Assembly (NCBI GenBank): GCA_963744145.1
Contig: CAVUSO010000001.1
Location: 2,272,001 to 2,336,000 of the forward strand
Reading direction: 5' to 3'
DNA: 64,000 nucleotides
Source: an uncultured cyanobacterium
GTDB taxonomy: Bacteria > Cyanobacteriota > Cyanobacteriia > Cyanobacteriales > CAWUOF01
Part shown: positions 51,911 to 61,255 of the stretch, one piece after another
Numbering within the stretch: the first letter of the stretch is position 1
Layout: every line of letters begins with the position of its first letter
Translations under genes and position numbers: made by a program
Notes under the pieces: model-generated
Told to the model about the DNA's origin: nothing
Databases searched by the model: none
Seen by the model: the letters and a program-made list of their open reading frames with translations, nothing else

Positions 51911-54900
51911 ATCCTTCCTCACTGCGACAGAGATCAATAAAAGCTTTTAGTATCTTAGACCAGGGTGTACCATCGGAGCGCATTCCCGCAACACAGGTAG
52001 CATCTCCTACTCCAATTAAAACACATCGAGCGCGGCTAAATGCAACACAAAGCCGATTGGGTAATGCGGTAAACCCAAGACGCTGTTCAATTGATGAGTT
52101 CTGATTACTACGAACTGTGGAGAGATATACTATATCATACTCGCGTCCCTGAAAAGCATCAACAGTACCAACACGCACCCGCTCTTGGAGATGCTCAGGT
52201 AAACCGTTACGCTGATCTGCGATCGCATCTTTAAGTGCTTCTTCTTGAGCAGAGTAAAATGCAATCACTCCCACCATTCCAGTAGGTTGATTTGGATCAA
52301 AATTAGGATATTTTTCCTCAATTCGTGGTAAAATACGGCGCAGTTCAGCCATAATCCGAATAACTTCAGCAGGTCTTTCCCAGCTCGATTTACCAGACCG
52401 CTTTTCACCTCCTTGATGATCTGGGATATTCAACCAAACTACAGGTTTTTGATTGTACTCTCCTGTGTAATTCGGTCGTGCTTCTGGTTTGACAAAATTG
52501 GAATTAAGGGGGCTTTCCGGATAAAAATAATCACTAATAAATTTACCAATTGTTGGGTGCATCCGAAACTGATCTGTCAATTGAGCAGTCCGTTCAATCC
52601 CATCTATTGCTGTTTGTTGAGGCAGAGATGCCCAGAGTCTTTCAAATAAACTCTTTCCATAAACTTCTCTTAGCTTTTCATCACCTTCTTTGGCTAAACT
52701 CTGCGCTATTTCTCGCTCCAAAACATGGGGAAGTTGTTTGTGATCACCAACTAAGATAATTCTTCGTCCTTTCACCATTGGTATTAGTAAATCTAGTGGG
52801 TTTGCTCTTGCTGCTTCATCTACTATCACTAGGGTAAATGTTCGATCATTCATTCCTAGGTGCTTCGAGTCTGCTTGTCCACAACTAGCAGCTTGAACTG
52901 GTGAATATTTCCGAATAACTTCTCTAACGTGATTGGGGGATTCCTCTAAATCTCGCACAAATAGTTCAAGGGTATCTTGTACCCCTTCCTCACTTTTAAC
53001 GCGAACTGCTTCGACTTCCTCAATAGCAGCTAGGAGACATCGTTCTATTTTCTCATCAGAAACATCCTGTTCAGCAATGGCTTGGGTAATAGGAATCTCT
53101 AGCAATTGTTGGCGAATACCAATACAGGCATTTTTCAAAGAAAGCCAAGGTTCTAGATTAACTGTATTTTCTTCACTCCACAATATCGCGACTTCCACAG
53201 CTTCAATAATATCATGAGAAAGATGATCTAAATAAGGATCTAAAAAACGTCGCAGCCTTCGAGCTTGCCGATTTCCATCCTCTTTGAAACTTTCTGCTGT
53301 AATACATTGCTGATTGAGTCGTCGCTCCAGTTCATCTCGATCATCAGCATCTTCAATTATTGGCTGATTTTGCGCTTGAATGACTGGAACAGTACCTGCA
53401 AGATGATCGATTTCAGCAACTCGTTGAGCAGATAAAAAGGTTTCTGCTACATTACGAAAATCTAAAAGGATTTCACGAGTTCCTTCACGTCCACCTGCTG
53501 AGGTGCGCCAATGGGAAAGATAACCTTTGAGTTTGTCAATTAACACCAGAGTTGGAGATGGTTCGGTAGAGAGGTGAGAACGAACTACTTGAATAACTTG
53601 GTTTCTCCAAGTTTGAATGGTTTCAGCACCTCGATCTTCCCCTTTTTTGCCTCCTAATCTATCTACCGGAAGTCCACCAATACTCATACTAGCGATCGCA
53701 TTATCTACTGCTTCATGCTGAAGACTTGTTACCAAAACAGTTTCCAACACTTCACCTGGATCTCGTCCATCATTAAGCATCATCAGCAGTGCTTGAATTA
53801 CTCTGGTCTTTCCCGTTCCCGGAGGTCCCTGAATCAGCGCAATATCCGGTGTACTCAGTGCAATTCTCAGCGCTTTTTCCTGAGCAGGTGTTGGTCCATT
53901 TTCACCAAAAATCTTGCGTGCAGTTTTAGTTAGTAGTTGCTTTTTCCGGGGAGGAATTACTCTATCAAAGGATTTACCTTCTAGAATTAAACCCAAATAA
54001 GGAAGACCAGAACGTGCCGATTCTAAAGTAGTTAGTGCTTTTTCACGTCTTTGAATTCGAGATTTTTCCAGACCCATTGAGGGATAGATTTCCCCATCTT
54101 TGTTAGGATATTCCTGCTGACCTTCCCAAACCAAAGTTAGGCAATGGGTATTAAGATTGTATCCTGATACTGATCCTTCAGGCATACCGATGTTATCTTG
54201 AATGGTTACAGGGATACCATCTCCTGAAATATGTTTAAGCCAAGGTGTTATGTTGGCAGATGGTTTTAAATAAAAATTTAGTAAATTTCTATTACCATCG
54301 TTAGAAATAAGACTTTGTATTCCGTTGTATGGTAAAGGAGATAGCAGCCCAAAACGCTCTTCTAAAATTCGATTTTCTTCAGCATTATACTCTTTCCAAC
54401 TCGCAATCCAACTATTATTTTCCTGAACAGCTTTGCTCAATGCTGAAATAGCCGCCGATCGCATTGTGCTAGCAACGGTTTGATCACAAAACTCTAATGA
54501 TTCCCGCATCAAATAAATAGAGCGATCGCTCAAGTTACGCCCTAGTCGCTTCATAGCTTCTGCTACAATCTGCCCGTCTTTTTGGGGAACTAAATTGAGT
54601 GACCAAGACTTTCCTAACACAGAAAATCCCTTCTGAAAATCTGGATCTTTGACCCCTGATGTTACAAACCAATAACCTAAGTGATTAAGTATAAATTCTT
54701 CTTTTAATTGGCGTTTAGCATCTTGAAAGTTTTTGACTTTACGCCAATTCTTACTAACAACTGTTTCAATAAACTCGTCAGTGATAGCAACTTCTAATTG
54801 AACTGGGATTTCGGAATTAGGTACATTAAAAGAACGCCCATCAATTTCAATTGTATTGTCTGTCGCTTTCATAATGCAACCTACAATTAAAGTGTGCCCT

Positions 54901-55124
54901 GATTGCAGTTCTGCCAACAGTATTTTAGCATCAGGTGAATCTGGTTTAATTTCAATGATTGTCTCATCATCCCTACCGTTAGGAATTTGAAAGCATAGAG
55001 TGTTTTCATCAATTCGCTTTAATTCAACAATCTTATCCTCCCAATTATCATTATTTCTTAGGTTGAAGCTATGTAAAAAATGCCCACCTACTTGTTTGCC
55101 AAATTTGAGGTCAAATAATTTCAT
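51897..55124 (-). CDS. SF1 UPF1/DNA2-like helicase (CnuH-like)
   Basis: QGPPGTGKT, IVDEAARA, LVGDHKQLP, QFRMHP, GTVDAFQGRE, NRLCVAFSRAR. Confidence 0.9.
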   Translation of the reverse strand: MKLFDLKFGKQVGGHFLHSFNLRNNDNWEDKIVELKRIDENTLCFQIPNGRDDETIIEIKPDSPDAKILLAELQSGHTLIVGCIMKATDNTIEIDGRSFNVPNSEIPVQLEVAITDEFIETVVSKNWRKVKNFQDAKRQLKEEFILNHLGYWFVTSGVKDPDFQKGFSVLGKSWSLNLVPQKDGQIVAEAMKRLGRNLSDRSIYLMRESLEFCDQTVASTMRSAAISALSKAVQENNSWIASWKEYNAEENRILEERFGLLSPLPYNGIQSLISNDGNRNLLNFYLKPSANITPWLKHISGDGIPVTIQDNIGMPEGSVSGYNLNTHCLTLVWEGQQEYPNKDGEIYPSMGLEKSRIQRREKALTTLESARSGLPYLGLILEGKSFDRVIPPRKKQLLTKTARKIFGENGPTPAQEKALRIALSTPDIALIQGPPGTGKTRVIQALLMMLNDGRDPGEVLETVLVTSLQHEAVDNAIASMSIGGLPVDRLGGKKGEDRGAETIQTWRNQVIQVVRSHLSTEPSPTLVLIDKLKGYLSHWRTSAGGREGTREILLDFRNVAETFLSAQRVAEIDHLAGTVPVIQAQNQPIIEDADDRDELERRLNQQCITAESFKEDGNRQARRLRRFLDPYLDHLSHDIIEAVEVAILWSEENTVNLEPWLSLKNACIGIRQQLLEIPITQAIAEQDVSDEKIERCLLAAIEEVEAVRVKSEEGVQDTLELFVRDLEESPNHVREVIRKYSPVQAASCGQADSKHLGMNDRTFTLVIVDEAARANPLDLLIPMVKGRRIILVGDHKQLPHVLEREIAQSLAKEGDEKLREVYGKSLFERLWASLPQQTAIDGIERTAQLTDQFRMHPTIGKFISDYFYPESPLNSNFVKPEARPNYTGEYNQKPVVWLNIPDHQGGEKRSGKSSWERPAEVIRIMAELRRILPRIEEKYPNFDPNQPTGMVGVIAFYSAQEEALKDAIADQRNGLPEHLQERVRVGTVDAFQGREYDIVYLSTVRSNQNSSIEQRLGFTALPNRLCVAFSRARCVLIGVGDATCVAGMRSDGTPWSKILKAFIDLCRSEEGYADI

Positions 55125-56512
55125 AATTGATCTACCATAGATTGATTACGCACCTTTGCTCTAATTCCTGAAGGGAAGACAATCAATATTTTATCAAATA
55201 GCCAGACAAATTCACCTGGAGCGCAAGTTCGTTGATGATTTCTAACATCTTTAGTATCCCAAGTATCTTGGCTTAAGTTCTTAAGGCAATAAATTTTATC
55301 ATTGCTACTATTGCGTTGAAACCCAAACTGTGCTAATGTGCCGATTACTTCTGAATTTTCACTGATCAGACGCAAGGGAATAATTCGCTGTTCTTTGTCC
55401 AATACAAACCGATAGGATTTTTTAACTCTTTTAAGTTCCTTTATTTCGTTTTCATCCAAGTTATCAATAGGTGGATCGGAATCAAAGAAACCAAGTTCAA
55501 TCGGGCGATCGCTTGTTTGACCACACCAATCACAAACCAGTGAGGCTCCTCGGATATCTGGTAAATAGGAAGTAGCACCACATGGGCACAATGCTGTTTG
55601 ATCGGCAGCTTCTTCTAATGCACATAACCATTCTTCTGAAGAAGGTCGTACCCAAGGATCTAATATACCCGGTTCAAATGCTTGTCTACAAAGTTCTTGT
55701 AGTCTCCTAGTTAATACTTTTCCCCTTGGTAAACCATAGCTAGAGTAATTTTGCTTGTTCTCTTTTGAATCAATAAATGGTAACTCTCCTTGTAGAGCAA
55801 TCTCCTCCATTTCTGGCTCACCATCGATTACTTGATCACCAAAAAAGGGATGATTTAGCACTAATAAGTAAAAAATTGCTACTGCTAAAGACCAGCGATC
55901 GGATGCGTGATTAGGAAAACGAGACTCTTTCAGGATCTCTGGAGCAATAAATTGTTCTGTTCCAATCACTTCTGCTAAAGATGTTCCTGGAATAATTAAG
56001 TTATCAGGATCGATGAGTTTAATAGATGTTTGTTTGCGATCTGATGGGACAAGGACGTTTTCCCAGGATAAATCCACATAACATAATCCATTACGGTGAA
56101 TTTGCTCAAAGGTTCTAGCTAACTCGGCACAAATTCTTAAACGACGACGTAACCCACCTGTGGAAATGTGCCAGTTGGGATCGCGATCGCGTGGACAAAC
56201 TAACTCAGATAAGGGTATAGAATCTTTAACTCGATCCATTACATAGCCTAAATGTGGCTGATCTAAAACAGCGATCGGCAATACTAATGAGTCGATCTTC
56301 AAGTTTCGTCTTGTCAGCAAGCGAAGTTGCTTGCGAGCATCATCAGTATGTCTAGAGTTGGGTGGTAGACAAACTTTTACTAAAATATTAGCATCCTCAG
56401 TAGTAAATACAATTCCTTGTCTACCCTGATTTAGCTGTTCAACTAGCCTGTAGCGTCTTCCCTCTAAATCTCGAACAATTTCACCTGGTATTGGCAAAGA
56501 GAATTTAGTCAT
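55121..56512 (-). CDS. Ser/Thr kinase with Zn-ribbon (TerY-P-type)
   Basis: GRQGIVF, VK, YVDLSWENV, IDPDN, GTEQFIAPE, SDRWS; CPCG...CDWC. Confidence 0.85.
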   Translation of the reverse strand: MTKFSLPIPGEIVRDLEGRRYRLVEQLNQGRQGIVFTTEDANILVKVCLPPNSRHTDDARKQLRLLTRRNLKIDSLVLPIAVLDQPHLGYVMDRVKDSIPLSELVCPRDRDPNWHISTGGLRRRLRICAELARTFEQIHRNGLCYVDLSWENVLVPSDRKQTSIKLIDPDNLIIPGTSLAEVIGTEQFIAPEILKESRFPNHASDRWSLAVAIFYLLVLNHPFFGDQVIDGEPEMEEIALQGELPFIDSKENKQNYSSYGLPRGKVLTRRLQELCRQAFEPGILDPWVRPSSEEWLCALEEAADQTALCPCGATSYLPDIRGASLVCDWCGQTSDRPIELGFFDSDPPIDNLDENEIKELKRVKKSYRFVLDKEQRIIPLRLISENSEVIGTLAQFGFQRNSSNDKIYCLKNLSQDTWDTKDVRNHQRTCAPGEFVWLFDKILIVFPSGIRAKVRNQSMVDQL

Positions 56513-56526
56513 GTTTAATCTTTTAC

Positions 56527-57186
56527 TTAAAACTCCAGATCATCATCATTAAGCAAGTGAAATGGTAAATTACTGGATGAGTTAGGATTTTTAGCAGTTG
56601 AACGGGCCATAACTGACATAGTAACAAATCGAAAGAAGTCCATTAGTTTGACAACTTCTGTCGCACGCACAACTGGAATTTCTGAATGATTAACGAAACG
56701 TTTAAGGACATCAAAATCGCAATCATTTCCAATCCCAACAGCTAAACGAACTGCTCGTCCTCCTCGGTCGGAATCTAACAATTCTTGAAGCGGTTCTTCC
56801 CAATCATCATTGGGCTGACCGTCACTAACCAAAACGATACTAGGTAGATAAGAGCGTTTCGGGATCTGTTGTTCATCTTTCAACAACTGGAGAGCTATTT
56901 TAAATGCTGCTCCCATCGCTGTAGTACCCCTAGCAACCAAAGTAGGTAAATGAACGTTTTCGATCGGAGTCAAAGGAAGAAGTAGCTGAGCATTACTGTC
57001 AAATGTGATAATGCTAGTATGCAGATGACTGCGAGGATCATGTACATCTTTGAATTTTTGGTGCATTTCCGTCAGTGCAGCGTTAAGAGTATCAATTTTC
57101 TCGCCCTCCATACTGGTACTGACATCTGCTAGTACAATAACTGGTAGTGGTCGTCTCTGGGGCAGAAAGTCATTAAGGTCTTGCAT
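56527..57186 (-). CDS. TerY-like vWA-domain protein
   Basis: RRPLPVIVLADVSTSM (MIDAS DxSxS), GTTAMG, LVSDGQPND, FFRFVTMSV. Confidence 0.9.
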   Translation of the reverse strand: MQDLNDFLPQRRPLPVIVLADVSTSMEGEKIDTLNAALTEMHQKFKDVHDPRSHLHTSIITFDSNAQLLLPLTPIENVHLPTLVARGTTAMGAAFKIALQLLKDEQQIPKRSYLPSIVLVSDGQPNDDWEEPLQELLDSDRGGRAVRLAVGIGNDCDFDVLKRFVNHSEIPVVRATEVVKLMDFFRFVTMSVMARSTAKNPNSSSNLPFHLLNDDDLEF

Positions 57187-57296
57187 ACATTTGTTAATCA
57201 GACTTTGTGAGCAGCTATGGCATTGCAGTTCATATAGACTACAAAAATGGGATCATATTTTCTATTTTATAGTTCCCATTAGTTCTTGCAAAATCA

Positions 57297-57917
57297 CTAT
57301 GTTTTAGGTTCAATAATTTTGACTAAAATTCGCAAAAGGTCTTCTAGATCAGCAGGAACACGATAGAGATCGAGGTTTTGAGTTACTTGACGAGATTGTC
57401 GATCAAACTGACCAAATTGCCAAATATTCCCAGTTGAAATTGCACCTGGTAAGATCGGTTGTTCAGAATCTATCCATTGATCGAGGGCAATTAATTCAAT
57501 AGCTAGCTGCACAAAACCACGTTCTAGGTCTTCATTTTTGGCTTCAATTACGAGAAAAGTTTGGTGATTTTGGAGGAGATAGTCTAGGGAACCTTTGAGT
57601 TGATTACTAACAGCAATAGGATATTCGACGTTAAGAGTAGCTTGGGTATAGTGCAACAGATCAGTTAACACTGGAGCAATCAGAAATTCTCGTCTTGCTA
57701 TTTCACTGGTGAGACTAAGACGAGGTAGACTTTCTTCAATTCTAGCTTTAAGATCAGTAAGGCGATCGAGGGTGCCCATATATTTAGGCAGATTTAAGGA
57801 GCAACGTTGGAGAGAAACGTTAAAATATGCTAGAATATCTTGCGGTGCAAAGTTGAGTTTAAAGTAGTCAGCAAAAGTGTAAGACTGATCAGGTTGAATA
57901 ATCTTCGTTCTAAGCAT
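57297..57917 (-). CDS. Cyanobacterial PD-(D/E)xK-fold (restriction endonuclease-like) protein
   Basis: SEIARREFLIAP...GSLDY...VIEAK...QL; common expanded family in cyanobacteria. Confidence 0.75.
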   Translation of the reverse strand: MLRTKIIQPDQSYTFADYFKLNFAPQDILAYFNVSLQRCSLNLPKYMGTLDRLTDLKARIEESLPRLSLTSEIARREFLIAPVLTDLLHYTQATLNVEYPIAVSNQLKGSLDYLLQNHQTFLVIEAKNEDLERGFVQLAIELIALDQWIDSEQPILPGAISTGNIWQFGQFDRQSRQVTQNLDLYRVPADLEDLLRILVKIIEPKT

Positions 57918-58258
57918 AATTATGTGATGGCTCCCAAGTTTTGATCAAAATGAAAATCAGACTTTTGCTAACCAAATTTTCAAGGGGAGCAGCTATTGGC
58001 AAAAAGAACCGGATCAAATCGGCAAAGTCAAGCTCTTATATGTCTTTCCCAGGACTAGAGAATTCTGGTTGAGGCTGGTTCATCTATGATCATAAATGCT
58101 CCGATCTCATCTTAGCAAATTTGCTGAAATTATGCTAGGATTTTTTAGTCCTAGTTCCGATCGCGCGATCACCAAAAAGACTGAGTTAATCCTAAATACC
58201 GTCAAGGGATTTTGATGATCGTGAAAGCATTGTATAGCAGGGCAATCAACCTACTCAA

Positions 58259-58543
58259 TTATTCTGCTATTACTTCTTGATTTCTTTTCTTTAATAAAGT
58301 CAGCAGTTTTCTCGTTTCTAAGTCCATCAATACTGCGGCATAATTTTTACCTTCTTTTAACTGAGTTATTTCATCTATCCCTAATTTTTTTTTATTGATT
58401 ATTGTCTCTCCAGCAGGTTCACGCACATCCACTAACATAGGTCGATCGCTTGTCAACAGGCTTTTTAAGTCTGTCACATTCGCGATCGCGTAATACCCTG
58501 GTGGAATCGACTTGAGAAAGCGATCAGAGATGGGAACTGACAC
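58259..58543 (-). pseudogene. Chimera of a rhodanese-domain fragment and an ISL3 transposase fragment
   Basis: FLKSIPPGYY...LVDVREP (rhodanese) joined to LGIDE...KNYAAVLMDLE (ISL3). Confidence 0.7.
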
Positions 58544-58566
58544 TAGGTATTTCTGGCACCTTCAAC

Positions 58567-59568
58567 TCAAGGTGTAACTGATCGAATGACACCCAGAGAA
58601 GCTATGCTGATCAAGATCCACAGCACTACTCCCTGTAACATTGGCTTCCAACCCACAGCCTTCAATAGTCGTTGGGATAGTCCCGCACCAATCAAAAATA
58701 ATGTTAGGGTCAATCCTGTGGTGGAAAGAGCAGTCAGGACAGGCGACCAAGAAGCAATAGTAGGGACAAACGTTCTGACCACCGAAGCAAGCATAAAGAA
58801 TCCAATAAACCAGGGAACTTGAGGTTTACTGGGCACCACTTGATCAGGTTGAGGATGTTGAAATAGATAACTTGCTGCAACTGAAACCGGAATAATCCAC
58901 AATGCACGAGAGAGTTTTACCGCAGTCGCAGTTAATAGAGCTGCTTGACCATAGTGAGCAGCAGCACCGACTACACTAGAAATATCATGGATCGCAACAC
59001 CTGACCAAATCCCAAATTGGGTTTGGGACAAATGTAGCAGATGACCAAGGGGCGGAAATACCAACAGGGCGATCGCATTTAGCACAAATACCGTCCCCAT
59101 TGCTATGGAGATTTCACTTTCTGCTGCGTTAATGACAGCACTAACCGCAGCGATCGCCGATCCTCCACAGATTGCTGTACCAGAGGAAATCAAGATCGAC
59201 GCTTTGATCGGAATCTTGAGCCATTTTCCGAAAAAGTAACCAATCACAAAGGTCGCGGTAATGCTACCCATTGCCAACAAAGCACCACTTGTCCCTGCCT
59301 GAAGCATAACAGTCAAATCCATCCCAAAGCCGAGCAAAATCACCGAGACTTGCAGCAAGTGCCGAGCTGTCAGACGAAAAATTCGCTGAAAAGGGTTTTC
59401 GTGAGTTAGAGCTAGAAATATACCGAGCAAGAGTGCAACAGGTGGTGAAGCCCAGGGGGTCAAACAGAATCCAGCCCCTCCGAGAAATAAAGCTTGGGCG
59501 TAGTTAGATGGTGGGTTTTGCTGATCAGGATTAGGAGTCCTAATTGAGAGAGCATTGGTTGGTTTCAT
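58567..59568 (-). CDS. YeiH-family (putative sulfate exporter) membrane protein
   Basis: GTAICGGSAIAA, FGIWSGVAIHDISSVVGA, AVKLSR, VPWFI. Confidence 0.9.
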   Translation of the reverse strand: MKPTNALSIRTPNPDQQNPPSNYAQALFLGGAGFCLTPWASPPVALLLGIFLALTHENPFQRIFRLTARHLLQVSVILLGFGMDLTVMLQAGTSGALLAMGSITATFVIGYFFGKWLKIPIKASILISSGTAICGGSAIAAVSAVINAAESEISIAMGTVFVLNAIALLVFPPLGHLLHLSQTQFGIWSGVAIHDISSVVGAAAHYGQAALLTATAVKLSRALWIIPVSVAASYLFQHPQPDQVVPSKPQVPWFIGFFMLASVVRTFVPTIASWSPVLTALSTTGLTLTLFLIGAGLSQRLLKAVGWKPMLQGVVLWILISIASLGVIRSVTP

Positions 59569-59644
59569 AAAACTATGAGTGAGTGAGTTAATTCCACTCT
59601 AGGAAACCTAATTGATAGAAGCAAATGTTCTTTTTTGTCAAAAC

Positions 59645-59661
59645 AATAGACTCACTCTATT
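59645..59661. promoter_or_regulatory. LysR-type T-N11-A dyad operator
   Basis: AATAGA-CTCAC-TCTATT in the divergent yeiH-like/lysR intergenic region. Confidence 0.55.
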
Positions 59662-59695
59662 AAACTAAAGTAGTTCCAAGCAATCCAAAACTCCA

Positions 59696-60622
59696 ATGAC
59701 CTTTGAACAACTCCGCGTCTTTCTAGCTGTCGCGCAACATCTGCACTTTACCCGCGCTGCTGAAGCACTTTACTTGACACAACCCTCAGTTAGTGCTGCA
59801 ATTCAAAGTTTGGAAGAGGAAATTGGAATGCTCCTGTTCCATCGCATTGGTCGCCGGATTGAGATCACACAAGCAGGCGAACTGTTGCAAGGAGAAGCAC
59901 AGAAGATTCTGGATCAGGTCGCTTTGACCAAACGGGGATTGCAGGAATTGAGAGAACTGCAACGAGGGGAACTGAATTTAGGAGCTAGTCAAACAATTGG
60001 TAACTACTGGCTACCTCGTTTTATCAGTCAATTCAAGAGCCAGTATTCGGGGATTAAAGTTAACTGTATCTTGGGCAATACTCAGGAGATCAGCACAGGA
60101 ACCGTCGCAGGAAAGTTTGATTTGGGTCTGGTTGAAGGGATTGTGCCCGAATCTGCTTCAGCTTGTTTAGATCAACAGGTGATTGGGGGCGATCGCTTAC
60201 AAGTGGTAGTTGGGCAATCTCATCTCTGGTTTGAACGTAAGACAATTTCTTTATTAGAGCTTTCAACCACCGACTGGGTAATGCGCGAAGCCGGATCGGG
60301 AACTCGTGATATCTTTGAGCAAACATTACAGAAGTGGGGTATTGACCCAAGAACACTAAACGTCATCCTAGAGATGACTACGGGTGAAATGATTAAAGCA
60401 GTCGTTGAAAATGGGATTGGGGCAACAGCAATTTCAGAATGGATGGTAAATAAAGAAGTTCATTGGGGCATCTTGCGAACTGTCGCCATCACTGATGCAA
60501 CCCAACTCATCACTTTACCTGCCATGATGCGCTCATTCAAGTTACTCAAGCATCGGGAGCGGTTTCAAACTCGCATTGCTCAGAGTTTTGAGCAGTTGTT
60601 GCTTTCTCAAATGCAAATTTAG
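59696..60622 (+). CDS. LysR-family regulator (YeiE/CysL-like)
   Basis: FTRAAEALYLTQPSVS HTH; GASQTIGNY; REAGSGTR; divergent from the YeiH-like gene. Confidence 0.92.
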   Translation: MTFEQLRVFLAVAQHLHFTRAAEALYLTQPSVSAAIQSLEEEIGMLLFHRIGRRIEITQAGELLQGEAQKILDQVALTKRGLQELRELQRGELNLGASQTIGNYWLPRFISQFKSQYSGIKVNCILGNTQEISTGTVAGKFDLGLVEGIVPESASACLDQQVIGGDRLQVVVGQSHLWFERKTISLLELSTTDWVMREAGSGTRDIFEQTLQKWGIDPRTLNVILEMTTGEMIKAVVENGIGATAISEWMVNKEVHWGILRTVAITDATQLITLPAMMRSFKLLKHRERFQTRIAQSFEQLLLSQMQI

Positions 60623-60639
60623 CCTGACCCATATCTTGA

Positions 60640-61227
60640 CTAAACTGCTTCAAACTGAATATTTTCATATAAATCTGCAAGGGTAAACTCTAAAGGAATA
60701 GTTGATAACTTGATGCGATCGCCTAGATTTTTGGATTCTCTAAAAATCCATTCCTGCTCATTTGTCTTTACATAATGCTCAATACAAACCGTATATTGAT
60801 CGATCAATAAATACTCCTGAAAACTGGGAACAGTACGATAAGCTGCAAATTTACCATCCTTGTCATAACTCCTTGTTCCCTGAGAAAGCACCTCCGCAAT
60901 CAGCAACGGATTTGTCACCGTATCAGTCCGTCCCGTCTGTAACTGCAAAGGTTGCGATACTACCATTATATCAGGATAGGTAAACTTATTTAACTGTGGA
61001 ATCCATAGCCTTTGATCCATAATGAAACAACGATAGGGTTTTCCCCTCAGAGCAAGTTTAAGGATTACCATAAAATTACTCGCAATATCGTTATGATTTG
61101 GTGTTCCCCCACTCATCGGTCTAATTTCCCCATCAATATATTCATGGCGTTCCTCAGCATTAACCTCAAACTCCAGATATTCTTCGATAGTAGAAAATTT
61201 TGACTGGGTTAGAGCAATCATGATCAA
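60640..61227 (-). CDS. Uma2-family endonuclease
   Basis: EYIDGEI..M.GG...H, YPD, EVLS..T..YD...KF..Y. Confidence 0.9.
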   Translation of the reverse strand: MIMIALTQSKFSTIEEYLEFEVNAEERHEYIDGEIRPMSGGTPNHNDIASNFMVILKLALRGKPYRCFIMDQRLWIPQLNKFTYPDIMVVSQPLQLQTGRTDTVTNPLLIAEVLSQGTRSYDKDGKFAAYRTVPSFQEYLLIDQYTVCIEHYVKTNEQEWIFRESKNLGDRIKLSTIPLEFTLADLYENIQFEAV

Positions 61228-61255
61228 CTCCTATACCTAATTGATAAATCCTAGC

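Noticed and set aside
21845..58400. Prophage, ICE or classical integron
   Set aside because: No integrase, phage structural or conjugation genes, tRNA att site or attC-type hairpins were identified.
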